From an uncultured Bacteroidales bacterium (lineage in GTDB: Bacteria; Bacteroidota; Bacteroidia; Bacteroidales; UBA932): a DNA stretch of 45,226 nucleotides. The notes beneath the pieces are model-generated. The model did no database searches. It was given only the letters and a program-made list of their open reading frames with translations, and was not told where the DNA came from. The DNA is taken from NCBI GenBank assembly GCA_900319185.1, contig ONNK01000004.1:1-45226 (forward strand), read 5' to 3'. Positions 25,205 through 34,731 of the stretch are shown here, piece after piece (within the stretch, counting starts at the first letter, position 1; each line of letters begins with the position of its first letter). A program made the translations under genes and the position numbers.

Positions 25205-26227
25205 ATGGAGATAAAACTATATGTGAAGGAGGATTTCTCCGGACTGCCGGAGCTCCTGAAAGAAGAGAAAGAAGTCTACCTCGTCTACGACAGGAATGTG
25301 GCGTGGGCGGCGGAGCGCGTCAGGGCCTTGTGCGCCCTTCAGGGCGCGATGGCCGTCGACGCCTCGGAGGCCGCCAAGAGCCTTGACACCGTGACGGCCA
25401 TCTGCCGCTTCCTGCTGGAGGCAGGTGCCGACCGCAAGGCGCTCGTGCTGGCGCTGGGCGGCGGCATCACGACAGACATGGCCGGGTTCGCCGCCTGCAT
25501 CTACAAGCGTGGAGTGCGGTTCGCTACGTTGCCTACTACCCTGCTGGCGCAGGTCGATGCCGGCATCGGCGGCAAGACCGGGGTTAACCTTGACGGCTAC
25601 AAGAACATCCTTGGCGTCATCCGTCAGCCGGAGTTCATCTATGTGGCCGGAAATACACTGGAGACGCTCCCGGACAGGGAGTACCGCTCCGGCGTGGCCG
25701 AGATGCTGAAAAGTTTCATCATCTCGGACGCGCCGCACTACCGCCGGGCGCTGGAGCTGCTGCGCAGCGGCGCCCGGGCAGACGCGGAGCTGATCCGCGC
25801 CGCCGCCATGATCAAGTGCGGCGTCGTGGAGCGCGACGAGTTCGAGACGGGTGAGCGGCGCGTGCTGAACCTCGGCCACACCGTCGGCCATGCCGTCGAG
25901 TGGTGGCAGACCGTGTCGGATGCGCCCCAGCGCTACTCGCACGGCGAGGCGGTCGCGATCGGGACGATCCAGGCGGCGCGGCTGTCGGAGGCCCTCGGCG
26001 TATGCCGGAGGGGCCTGGCCGCGCAGCTGGAGGCGGACTTCGCCGCCGTCGGGCTGCCTACGGCCTGTCCGGTCCCGGCCTCCGCGATGCGCGAGGCCAT
26101 CGCCCGGGACAAGAAAGCCGACGGCGGCTCCGTACATTTCGTGCTGATACGCGACATCGGCAAGGTGGAAGTCCGCCTCATGCCGGTCGACACCATCATC
26201 CAATTGCTTGAAACAGCGAACATATGA
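25205..26227 (+). CDS. aroB: 3-dehydroquinate synthase
   Basis: LGGGITTDMAGFAA, PTTLLAQVDAGIGGKTGVN, LNLGHTVGHA and HGEAVAIG. Confidence 0.95.
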   Translation: MEIKLYVKEDFSGLPELLKEEKEVYLVYDRNVAWAAERVRALCALQGAMAVDASEAAKSLDTVTAICRFLLEAGADRKALVLALGGGITTDMAGFAACIYKRGVRFATLPTTLLAQVDAGIGGKTGVNLDGYKNILGVIRQPEFIYVAGNTLETLPDREYRSGVAEMLKSFIISDAPHYRRALELLRSGARADAELIRAAAMIKCGVVERDEFETGERRVLNLGHTVGHAVEWWQTVSDAPQRYSHGEAVAIGTIQAARLSEALGVCRRGLAAQLEADFAAVGLPTACPVPASAMREAIARDKKADGGSVHFVLIRDIGKVEVRLMPVDTIIQLLETANI

Positions 26228-28275
26228 TTTGTACTTGCATACAGAACAAGAACCTTGAGGAGATATTCTCCCTCCTGGAGCGTGGTGACATAGAGATGGC
26301 GGAGATCCGCCTGGACCTCTGTCCGGACTTGGACGAAGAGGATATCGAGAGTCTGTTTTCCGGTACGGATATTCCGCTCATAGCCACCTGCCGCATTGCC
26401 GGAAGCGCGAGCATGCAGGAGGCGGAGCGCCGGCTCAGGACCGCCATCCTGGCCGGGGCCAAATACGTCGATGTCGAGCTGGAGGCCCCGGCGCCGATGG
26501 GCAAGCGCCTGCGCCGGGCCGCCCGCGAAAGCGGTACGACCCTCATCCGCTCCTACCACAATTTCGACGAAACCCCTGATGCCGAGACCCTTGCCGAGAT
26601 GGTCACCAAGTGCCGTGTTTTCGGTTCCGGCGTTATCAAGGTCGCGACCATGGCTCATAGTCAGGAGGATGTAGCCCGCGTGATGGACCTCTACGGGATG
26701 GCCTATCCGGACGGCAGGACCCAGGAGGAGGGCACTCTTGTCGCCTTCTGCATGGGGGAAGCCGGGAAGGAATCCCGGCTCGAGTGCCTCCGGCGCGGTG
26801 CCCCATTCACCTACGTTTCACTCGGTGAAGGCGACGGCACCGCGCCGGGCCAGTGGACCCTATCTGAGATGAACGAGGCGGTCTACAGTGACGCCCAGGG
26901 TTTCTATGCCGAGCATCTGGGTATGCCATCGTCCAAGAGTTTCGCCCAAAGGGCGATCATCGCGGCGGCCCTGGCCGAGGGCACCTCGCATCTGCGCGGC
27001 TATTCAGCCTGCGCAGACACTGAGGCTGCCGTCGCCGCCGCCCGCGCCCTTGGCGCAGAAGTCACTGAAGGCGAAGTTCTTACCATCAAGGGAATAGGTC
27101 CCATTGAGAATCCTCTTGAACTGACTTCCCTGCATTGCGGTGAGTCCGGCCTCCTGACCAGGATGATGATTCCTATCCTGTCGCAGATAGGTCCTGGATC
27201 CGTGCTGGTCACCGGCGAAAAGACCCTTGTAAATCGTCCGCTGAAAGGCGCCGCTGACATCATGGCCTCATTCGGGGTCATGCTCCGCAACGCCGCACGG
27301 ACTTCCCGTGAGATATATGTCCCGATGACCGTTGAGGGCAAGCTTGTCCCCGGCAGGGCGGATATCTCGGGGGCCGGAGGATCGCAGATCATCTCCGGCC
27401 TCCTGATGGCCCTGCCGATGGCCCAGGCGCCCTCCACCGTCTATGTAAGCGAGCCCAAGAGCATCCCTTACATGTTCATCACGCTGGATGTCCTCCAGAA
27501 ATTCGGCATCCGGATAGGCAACGAGATGGAGGGTGACGAAGAGTTCCTTCAGACGCGGGACTGGGGTTACTGCACAGGCCTGACCTTCAAGGTCAAGGGC
27601 GGCCAGCGCTACAAGGCGGCCGAGCTCAGTCTCGAAGGAGACTGGAGCAGCGCCGCCAATTTCCTCGTGGCCGGTGCCATCTTCGGCAGCGCCTCTGTAG
27701 ACGGCCTCGATACGCAGTCGCTGCAGGCCGACCTTACCATCATGGACATCCTCGTCGAAGCGGGAGCATCGGTCTCACAGATCGAGAACGACTGCGTGGA
27801 TGAAGTCAGCGTCGCAGCGGCTGCGGCCGGCGTCAACCCCCATACGGGGGCCGTCAACGCCGTCAAGGCGCCGCTGAACGCCTTCTCATTCGACCTGAAC
27901 AACGCGCCGGACCTCTTCCCTATCACGGCCGTGCTGGCGGCTTTCTGCCCAGGCGAAAGCCGCATCGCCGGCACCGGCCGGCTCGCCAACAAGGAGTCCG
28001 ACCGAGCCAAAGCGATAAAGGAGATGCTTACGCAAATGGGAGTGGAATGCGCCATCGAAGGCGATGAGATGGTCATCAAGGGACATTCCCTCTCGAGCCG
28101 CTTACTGAACGGTAATCTCCTGAATGGCGGAGAATACACTTCCAACCATGACCACCGCATGGTCATGGCCCTGAAGGTGGCTTCGCTTGGCGCCTCGTCG
28201 CCGATAGTCATCGACGACGAGCAGTGCGTGGCGAAGTCCTTCCCGGATTTCCTCACCCTTTTCTGCGACAGGTAG
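26224..28275 (+). CDS. aroA: Fusion of type I 3-dehydroquinate dehydratase (AroD) and EPSP synthase (AroA)
   Basis: N-terminal EIRLD, IRSYHNFDETP, KVATMA, APGQ; C-terminal PSSKSFAQRA, SGLLMALP, EGDWSSA, KESDR, DHRMVMA, KSFPDF. Confidence 0.9.
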   Translation: MICTCIQNKNLEEIFSLLERGDIEMAEIRLDLCPDLDEEDIESLFSGTDIPLIATCRIAGSASMQEAERRLRTAILAGAKYVDVELEAPAPMGKRLRRAARESGTTLIRSYHNFDETPDAETLAEMVTKCRVFGSGVIKVATMAHSQEDVARVMDLYGMAYPDGRTQEEGTLVAFCMGEAGKESRLECLRRGAPFTYVSLGEGDGTAPGQWTLSEMNEAVYSDAQGFYAEHLGMPSSKSFAQRAIIAAALAEGTSHLRGYSACADTEAAVAAARALGAEVTEGEVLTIKGIGPIENPLELTSLHCGESGLLTRMMIPILSQIGPGSVLVTGEKTLVNRPLKGAADIMASFGVMLRNAARTSREIYVPMTVEGKLVPGRADISGAGGSQIISGLLMALPMAQAPSTVYVSEPKSIPYMFITLDVLQKFGIRIGNEMEGDEEFLQTRDWGYCTGLTFKVKGGQRYKAAELSLEGDWSSAANFLVAGAIFGSASVDGLDTQSLQADLTIMDILVEAGASVSQIENDCVDEVSVAAAAAGVNPHTGAVNAVKAPLNAFSFDLNNAPDLFPITAVLAAFCPGESRIAGTGRLANKESDRAKAIKEMLTQMGVECAIEGDEMVIKGHSLSSRLLNGNLLNGGEYTSNHDHRMVMALKVASLGASSPIVIDDEQCVAKSFPDFLTLFCDR

Positions 28276-29700
28276 ATGAAGAACAAAGGACTCATAGCGC
28301 TGACTCCCATCCTGGTTTTCCTCGGGGTGTATCTGGTCACGTCGATACTTATCAAGGACTTCTACAAGGTCCCGGTGGCGTCGGCTTTCCTGTTGGCTTC
28401 GGTCTATGCCGTCCTGATCTCCAAGGGCTCGTTGAGGGAGCGCCTGGACCTTTTCTCCGAAGGAGCCGGCAATCCCCGTATCCTGTTGATGGTCTGGATA
28501 TTCATCCTGGCCGGCGCATTTGCGCGGACGGCGCAGGACATCGGGGCCATTGACGCTACCGTCAACCTCACCCTGCGGGTAATCCCCGGCTCGATGCTCT
28601 TCGCCGGGCTCTTCTTCACCGCCTGCTTCATCTCGATGTCCGTCGGCACCAGCGTTGGGACGATTGTGGCGCTCGTTCCGATCGCCACTGGTATCGCGCA
28701 GGAGGCGGGATTCTCCGAAGCCTTCATGGCCGCCATCATAGTCGGAGGCGCATTCTTCGGAGACAATCTTTCCTTCATCAGCGATACTACGATTGCCGCT
28801 ACCAAAGCCATGGACTGCGCCATGAAGGACAAGTTCAAGGCCAATATCCGGATAGTCGCCCCGGCGGTACTGGTGGTCTTTGCCATCTATATTTTCCAGG
28901 GGATTGGCGTCAGTGTTGATGTGAGTCCGGAAGCCGCTGAGCCTCTGAAACTTGTGCCATACCTTCTCGTCCTTGTGCTGGCCCTCGCGGGAATGGACGT
29001 GCTGCTGATACTGTCATTGGGGCTGGGAGTCAATCTGCTCATAGGCCTGGTGACAGGCAGCCTCGGATGGGCCGACTGGCTTGCCTCCGTCGGCGAAGGC
29101 ATAGGCGGTATGGGCAGCCTTATCATCGTGACGCTGCTGGCAGGCGGCATGATGGCGCTCATACGCGCCGGCGGCGGCCTCGACTGGCTCGTCGGAGCCC
29201 TCACCCGCCGCCTCGGCTCCTCCTCCTCGCCCTCCGCCGCCGCTGTCGGTGCTGAGGCTGCGTCCGGCCCCACCACGTCTCCCGTCATTGCCGTCTCCTC
29301 CTCGCCCTCCGCTGCCGGCAGCGCCACCGCTTCCGTGCCTGCCGCTACAGCCGCCTCTGCCACTAGCCGCCGGCAGCGGCGCGGCGCCGAGCTCAGCATC
29401 GCAGCACTCGTCAGCCTCGCCAACCTCTGCACGGCCAACAACACCATCGCCATCATCACCGTCGGCGGTATCGCCAAGGACATCAGCGACCGCTTCGGCC
29501 TTGACAGGCGGCGCGTCGCCAGCATCCTTGACACCTTCTCCTGTTTCATCCAGGGCCTGATCCCCTACGGCGCGCAGCTGCTGATGGCCTCCGGCCTCGC
29601 AGGCGTCGGCGCCGCGGCCATCATCCGCTACCTCTACTACCCCTTCGCCCTCGGCCTCGTCGCCCTTGCCGCCATCTTCATTCCGTCCCGTAAACACTGA
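28276..29700 (+). CDS. NhaC-family Na+/H+ antiporter-like transporter with a Ser/Ala-rich insertion
   Basis: GTSVGTI, GGAFFGDNLSFISDTTIAAT, ANNTIAII and LIPYGAQLL motifs. Confidence 0.85.
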   Translation: MKNKGLIALTPILVFLGVYLVTSILIKDFYKVPVASAFLLASVYAVLISKGSLRERLDLFSEGAGNPRILLMVWIFILAGAFARTAQDIGAIDATVNLTLRVIPGSMLFAGLFFTACFISMSVGTSVGTIVALVPIATGIAQEAGFSEAFMAAIIVGGAFFGDNLSFISDTTIAATKAMDCAMKDKFKANIRIVAPAVLVVFAIYIFQGIGVSVDVSPEAAEPLKLVPYLLVLVLALAGMDVLLILSLGLGVNLLIGLVTGSLGWADWLASVGEGIGGMGSLIIVTLLAGGMMALIRAGGGLDWLVGALTRRLGSSSSPSAAAVGAEAASGPTTSPVIAVSSSPSAAGSATASVPAATAASATSRRQRRGAELSIAALVSLANLCTANNTIAIITVGGIAKDISDRFGLDRRRVASILDTFSCFIQGLIPYGAQLLMASGLAGVGAAAIIRYLYYPFALGLVALAAIFIPSRKH

Positions 29701-29863
29701 CCCTTGATACCATCCCATTCCTTCCTGTAATAATATCGGTGGTAGCTAACGCTTTTAATACCAATTGATTACTATAATCTACTGCCTCTCAAAATTACAC
29801 TAGTGAAGTAAAGCATTTCCCTTATTGTCAGACACATAACTACCACGCTACTACTTTTCGGAA

Positions 29864-30142
29864 ATGTGCAGGATCAAGACGATACACCTCCTTGCTGTCA
29901 ATGGCCTCCTCTGGACGGCCATAGGGACGAAAATTGCCGTCACGGGAGTAAGCCATTATATCCAGATCTTCAGCCTCAAGGGATATCTCATCATTGCTTT
30001 CATGATTTCCCTGGGAATAGGTTTGAAGCATATTCCCGGTATTCCATCGAACTTCTTCGCCTGGTTCTACAGTGGTCTCGGCCCCGGCCTCCTCTCCGCC
30101 GGCGTTCGTTTCCTCCTCCGCTGGTTCAGACACACACCTTGA
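29864..30142 (+). CDS. Small membrane protein, possibly internally deleted
   Basis: Three hydrophobic segments with KGYLIIAFMISLGI and FYSGLGPGL motifs. Confidence 0.5.
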   Translation: MCRIKTIHLLAVNGLLWTAIGTKIAVTGVSHYIQIFSLKGYLIIAFMISLGIGLKHIPGIPSNFFAWFYSGLGPGLLSAGVRFLLRWFRHTP

Positions 30143-30167
30143 CTACTATCTGTCGGTGAGGTTTGGA

Positions 30168-31163
30168 TTAGAGAAGGTCGGCGAGGACGATGGCGGTCAT
30201 GGCCTCGACGATGACGGGGGTGCGTAGGGCGAAACAGACGTCGTGACGGCCTTTGATGCGGAGGGTATCCTCGCGGTCTTCGGCGAAATTCCAGGTGCGC
30301 TGGGGCTTGGCTATGCTTGATGTAGGCTTAAAGGCGACGCGGAAGACGAGCGGCGCACCGTTGGTGATGCCGCCGTTGATACCGCCGGCGCCGTTCTTGA
30401 CGGGGCCGTCCGCCCCGAAGGGGTCATTGTGCTCCGAACCCTTCATGCGCGAGGCGGCGAATCCGTCGCCGAACTCTATGCCGCGGACTCCGGGGATGGA
30501 GAAGACGGCGTGCGAGACGAGCGACTCGACGGAGTCGAAGAACGGCTCGCCAAGGCCGATAGGCAGGCCGGTGGCGGTGCACTGCACCACGCCGCCCAGC
30601 GAGTCGCCTTCGGCGGCCGCGGCGGCGAGGAGCTCAGGCCACCGGGCCTTGTCGGCGCAGCCGCCCACTTCGATGAGATCGGCTTGGATATCAATCCCTT
30701 CCAGTACTTTCTTGGCCACGACGCCGGCGGCAACGACCGGCAGGGTGATCCTGCCGGAGAAGTGCCCGCCGCCGCGCGGGTCGTTGGCCCAGTCCCATTT
30801 GACGGCGGCGACATAGTCGGCGTGGCCGGGACGGGGCATGGCGTCGAAGTCGCTGTAATCTCCGGACCGGGTATTGGCATTGCGGAAAATGATGGTCAGG
30901 GGAGCGCCGGTGGTGTGGCCGTCGACGACGCCGCTGAGGATCTGCGGCTCGTCGGCTTCGACACGTGGCGTCGTGCCGACGGTGCCGCTCTCGCCGCGGG
31001 CCTCGGCGCCTCTGGCGCCCGGCGCCCGTCGGGCGATGTCCGCGGCGAAGTCCGCCGCCTCCAGCGGCAGTCCCTCGGGCACTCCGTCCATTACCACACC
31101 GATGGCCTCTCCATGCGATTCGCCGAAGATGCTGACCCTGAATATCCTTCCGAAAGTATTCAT
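30168..31163 (-). CDS. aroC: Chorismate synthase
   Basis: FGESHG, RPGHAD, GGGHFSGR, GGINGGITNG, FKPTSSI, GRHDVC. Start at ATG 31163. Confidence 0.95.
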   Translation of the reverse strand: MNTFGRIFRVSIFGESHGEAIGVVMDGVPEGLPLEAADFAADIARRAPGARGAEARGESGTVGTTPRVEADEPQILSGVVDGHTTGAPLTIIFRNANTRSGDYSDFDAMPRPGHADYVAAVKWDWANDPRGGGHFSGRITLPVVAAGVVAKKVLEGIDIQADLIEVGGCADKARWPELLAAAAAEGDSLGGVVQCTATGLPIGLGEPFFDSVESLVSHAVFSIPGVRGIEFGDGFAASRMKGSEHNDPFGADGPVKNGAGGINGGITNGAPLVFRVAFKPTSSIAKPQRTWNFAEDREDTLRIKGRHDVCFALRTPVIVEAMTAIVLADLL

Positions 31164-31251
31164 AAGAAAGTCCGTTTTAGTCTCTTGCGAAGATACGCTT
31201 TTTCCCCGTGTTTTCAGATAAAAAACAGTATATTTGTATTCTATGGACTCA

Positions 31252-32691
31252 ATGGAAGAGAAAGAATTGCTGCAGAACATCACGCAGCAGGAGTACAAGG
31301 AAGGATTCGTCACGGACGTCGAGCAGGTCTATATCCCGAAGGGCCTGAACGAGGATATCATCCGTACGATCTCTTCCCTGAAGGATGAGCCGGAATGGCT
31401 CATGGAGTTCCGTCTGGATGCATTCCGCAAGTGGAAGGCCATGGAGCAGCCCCGCTGGGGCCATCTCGACCTGCCCGAAATAGACTATCAGGACATCATA
31501 TATTACGCTGCCCCCAAGAAAGACAGCGAAAGGCCCAAGGAGATAGATCCGGCGTTGGCCGAGACCTTCGAGAAGTTGGGCATTCCGCTGCACGAGCGCG
31601 AGGCGCTCGCGGGAGTGGTCGCCGTGGACGCAGTCTTCGACTCCGTCTCCGTCAAGACCACGTTCCGCAAGGCCCTCTCCGAGAAGGGAATCATCTTCTG
31701 TTCCTTTTCAGAGGCTGTCAGGGAGCATCCGGACCTGGTCCGGAAATACCTCGCCACCGTCGTCCCCTCCGGGGACAATTATTTCGCGGCGCTGAACTCC
31801 GCCGTCTTCTCGGACGGGTCGTTCTGCTATATTCCCAAGGGTGTCAAATGTCCGATGGAGTTGTCCAGTTATTTCCGCATCAATGCGGCCGGTACCGGTC
31901 AGTTCGAGCGCACGCTTATCGTCGCCGACGAGGGCTCGCAACTCAGCTACATGGAGGGTTGCACCGCCCCGATGCGCGACGAGAACCAGCTCCACGCAGC
32001 AGTGGTGGAGATTATTGTCGAGAAGGACGCTGACGTCAAATACTCGACTGTCCAGAACTGGTACCCCGGCGATGCGCAAGGCCGCGGCGGCATCCTGAAC
32101 CTCGTTACCAAACGAGGTCTTTGCCGCGGCGCCGGCAGCCATCTCAGCTGGACCCAGGTCGAGACAGGCTCCGCCATCACCTGGAAATACCCGTCTACGA
32201 TACTGCTTGGGGATTATTCCTCGTCGGAGTTCTACTCCGTGGCCCTGACCAACAACCGCCAGCAGGCCGATACCGGGACCAAGATGGTCCATATCGGCCG
32301 CGGCACCCGCAGCCGTATCGTCTCCAAAGGCATCAGCGCCGGCCGCAGCCAGAACAGCTACCGCGGCCTGGTGCGCTTCAACCCCGGCGCCGTCGGCGCC
32401 AGGAATTATTCGCAGTGCGACAGCTTGCTCATAGGCTCCGAATGCGGCGCCCACACCTTCCCGGTGATCCAGAGCCGCTGCCCTTCGGCCGTCGTGGAGC
32501 ATGAGGCCACGACCTCCAAGATCAGCGAGGACCAGCTGTTCTACTGCACCCAGCGCGGCATACCGCCAGAGGATGCCGTAGGCCTCATCGTTGGCGGCTA
32601 TGCCCGAGAAGTCCTCGCCCGTCTCCCCATGGAGTTTGCAATGGAAGCCGGCAAACTCCTGCAAGTTTCACTCGAAGGCTCCATCGGATAG
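31252..32691 (+). CDS. sufB: Fe-S cluster assembly protein SufB
   Basis: [10 protein letters not shown]-like, [30 protein letters not shown] and EHEATTS motifs. TATATTTG at 31229 supports this start. Confidence 0.95.
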   Translation: MEEKELLQNITQQEYKEGFVTDVEQVYIPKGLNEDIIRTISSLKDEPEWLMEFRLDAFRKWKAMEQPRWGHLDLPEIDYQDIIYYAAPKKDSERPKEIDPALAETFEKLGIPLHEREALAGVVAVDAVFDSVSVKTTFRKALSEKGIIFCSFSEAVREHPDLVRKYLATVVPSGDNYFAALNSAVFSDGSFCYIPKGVKCPMELSSYFRINAAGTGQFERTLIVADEGSQLSYMEGCTAPMRDENQLHAAVVEIIVEKDADVKYSTVQNWYPGDAQGRGGILNLVTKRGLCRGAGSHLSWTQVETGSAITWKYPSTILLGDYSSSEFYSVALTNNRQQADTGTKMVHIGRGTRSRIVSKGISAGRSQNSYRGLVRFNPGAVGARNYSQCDSLLIGSECGAHTFPVIQSRCPSAVVEHEATTSKISEDQLFYCTQRGIPPEDAVGLIVGGYAREVLARLPMEFAMEAGKLLQVSLEGSIG

Positions 32692-32694
32692 GAA

Positions 32695-33279
32695 ATGAAT
32701 TGGCTTGACCTCATATCTTCGTTCCTCGGTATCACCTGCGTAGTACTCGCAGGCCGGAACAGCAAATACAATTTCTGGGTGGGCTACCTGTATACGGCCG
32801 CCCTGTTCTTCCTTTTCTGGGAAAAGAACCTCGTGGCTTCGCTGATGCTGCAGCCGGTGTCGCTCGGCATCAATATCATGGGCCACTACCGCTGGACGCA
32901 TCCGCATGAGGACGAAAAGAGTTCCGAGGACGGCAGCGCCCTGAAGGTGACGATGCTCAGCTGGCCCGAACGCGCGCTATGCGTGCTGGCCGTCTTCGTC
33001 ATCGCATTTGCCTGGGGCTGGCTGCTGAACCGGCTCTTCCCGGCCGATCCGCATCCTTACCTGGATTCGTGCGTGACGGTGCTGATCCTCATGGCCCAGT
33101 TCCTGTCTGCTCAGAAGAAATGGGACTGCTGGGTGGCGTGGCTCGTGGTCAACGTGACCCAGATGGCGCTGCACCTGTCCGTTGGCAACGTGTTCATGCC
33201 GATAGTGTGCGGACTGTACCTTATCAACGGCATCATATCGCTGCGCAACTGGGGTAAACTTTATAAGAAGAACGCTTAA
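32695..33279 (+). CDS. pnuC: PnuC-family vitamin (nicotinamide riboside-type) transporter
   Basis: Hydrophobic profile, PYLDS..T....AQFL...K..W..W motif, terminal LRNW. Confidence 0.8.
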   Translation: MNWLDLISSFLGITCVVLAGRNSKYNFWVGYLYTAALFFLFWEKNLVASLMLQPVSLGINIMGHYRWTHPHEDEKSSEDGSALKVTMLSWPERALCVLAVFVIAFAWGWLLNRLFPADPHPYLDSCVTVLILMAQFLSAQKKWDCWVAWLVVNVTQMALHLSVGNVFMPIVCGLYLINGIISLRNWGKLYKKNA

Positions 33280-33291
33280 TTTCAGATACTT

Positions 33292-34044
33292 ATGGCTGAA
33301 AACGACATATTGCTTGACATCCGTGGGCTCCACGCCTCGATAGGGGACAAGGAGATCCTCAAGGGCATCGACCTGACGATACGCAAGGGCGAAGTGCATG
33401 CCGTGATGGGGCCGAATGGCGCCGGCAAGAGCACGCTCTCCGCGGTGCTCGTCGGCCGGCCGGACTATATTGTCACCGCCGGGTCGGTGACCTTCCTCGG
33501 CCGGGACCTCCTGGCGATGAGCCCCGAGGAGCGCTCATGGGCGGGTATTTTCCTGTCTTTCCAATATCCCATCGAGATCCCCGGTGTGAGCATCACCAAC
33601 TTCATGAAGGCGGCGGTCAATGCCCGCCGCAAGGCGCAGGGGCTCGAAGAGCTGAAGCCCGCCGAATTCATCCGCCTGATGAAGGAGAGGATGGCCATGG
33701 TGCAGATGAAGGGCGAATTCGCCAAGCGCGAGGTCAATGTCGGATTCTCCGGAGGAGAGAAAAAGCGCAATGAGATATTCCAGATGGCCATGCTCGACCC
33801 GATGCTGTCCATCCTTGACGAGACGGACAGCGGCCTGGACGTCGATGCGCTCCGCATCGTTGCGGAGGGTGTCAACAAACTCCGGACCCCGGAAAAGAGC
33901 GCCATCGTCATCACGCATTACCAGCGTCTGCTGGAGTACATCGTCCCGGACGTAGTGCACGTGCTCAAGGAAGGCCGCATCGTCAGGACCGGCGGCCGCG
34001 AGCTGGTGGATGTCATCGACAGGAACGGATACGACGCATTCTAG
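33292..34044 (+). CDS. sufC: Fe-S cluster assembly ATPase SufC
   Basis: GPNGAGKST, FQYPIEIPGV, GFSGGEKKRNEI, LDETDSGLD and ITHYQRLL. Confidence 0.95.
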   Translation: MAENDILLDIRGLHASIGDKEILKGIDLTIRKGEVHAVMGPNGAGKSTLSAVLVGRPDYIVTAGSVTFLGRDLLAMSPEERSWAGIFLSFQYPIEIPGVSITNFMKAAVNARRKAQGLEELKPAEFIRLMKERMAMVQMKGEFAKREVNVGFSGGEKKRNEIFQMAMLDPMLSILDETDSGLDVDALRIVAEGVNKLRTPEKSAIVITHYQRLLEYIVPDVVHVLKEGRIVRTGGRELVDVIDRNGYDAF

Positions 34045-34047
34045 CCT

Positions 34048-34731
34048 ATGAAGGAGAAGATCATCGACAGGGGACATTACGTAGACGTTCCGATTCCGCA
34101 GGGAGCGGTCGTGGTGCCGGCCGGTACTCGGCTGGCGGTCTGCGACGCGCTGGGCGGCCGGCATGCCTTCGTCCTTGAGGCCGGGGCCTCCCTGGACCTT
34201 TGCCTCCTGGCTTTTCCGGGAGGAGCCGGAGGCGTGGACCTGAGCGTCGACCTCATCGGTGAAGGCGCCGAGGCATCTTTGTCCGGGATATACGTCCGTC
34301 GTGACGGGGAGTTCCCTCTGAAAGTCGTTGTCCGTCATAGAGTTGGCGGCTGCATTTCCAATCAGCTTTTCAACGGCATAGTGGCCGGCTCGGCCAAGAC
34401 CGGCTTCGACGGACGCATCGTCGTCGCCCCTGACGCGCAGAAGACCAAGGCTTTCCAGACGAATCACAATCTGCTGTTGGGCGAGGAAGCACGTGCCGAA
34501 ACGAGCCCGCAGCTGGAGATATATGCCGACGATGTCGAGTGCTCGCACGGCGCCACCGTCGGCCGTCTTGACGAGGCTGCGCAGTTCTACATGCAGTCCA
34601 GGGGCATCCCGGAGAAGGAAGCCAGGGTGCTGCAGATGATCTCGTTCCTGTCACCCGTGCTGGAGCACGTCCCGGAGGAGCGCCGCGACGAGGTCGCAGG
34701 CCTCATCGAACAAACCGTCCGCAGCCTATGA
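34048..34731 (+). CDS. sufD: SufD, short form
   Basis: AQKTKAFQTNHNLLL, PQLEIYADDVECSHGATVG and FYMQSRGI. Confidence 0.9.
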   Translation: MKEKIIDRGHYVDVPIPQGAVVVPAGTRLAVCDALGGRHAFVLEAGASLDLCLLAFPGGAGGVDLSVDLIGEGAEASLSGIYVRRDGEFPLKVVVRHRVGGCISNQLFNGIVAGSAKTGFDGRIVVAPDAQKTKAFQTNHNLLLGEEARAETSPQLEIYADDVECSHGATVGRLDEAAQFYMQSRGIPEKEARVLQMISFLSPVLEHVPEERRDEVAGLIEQTVRSL

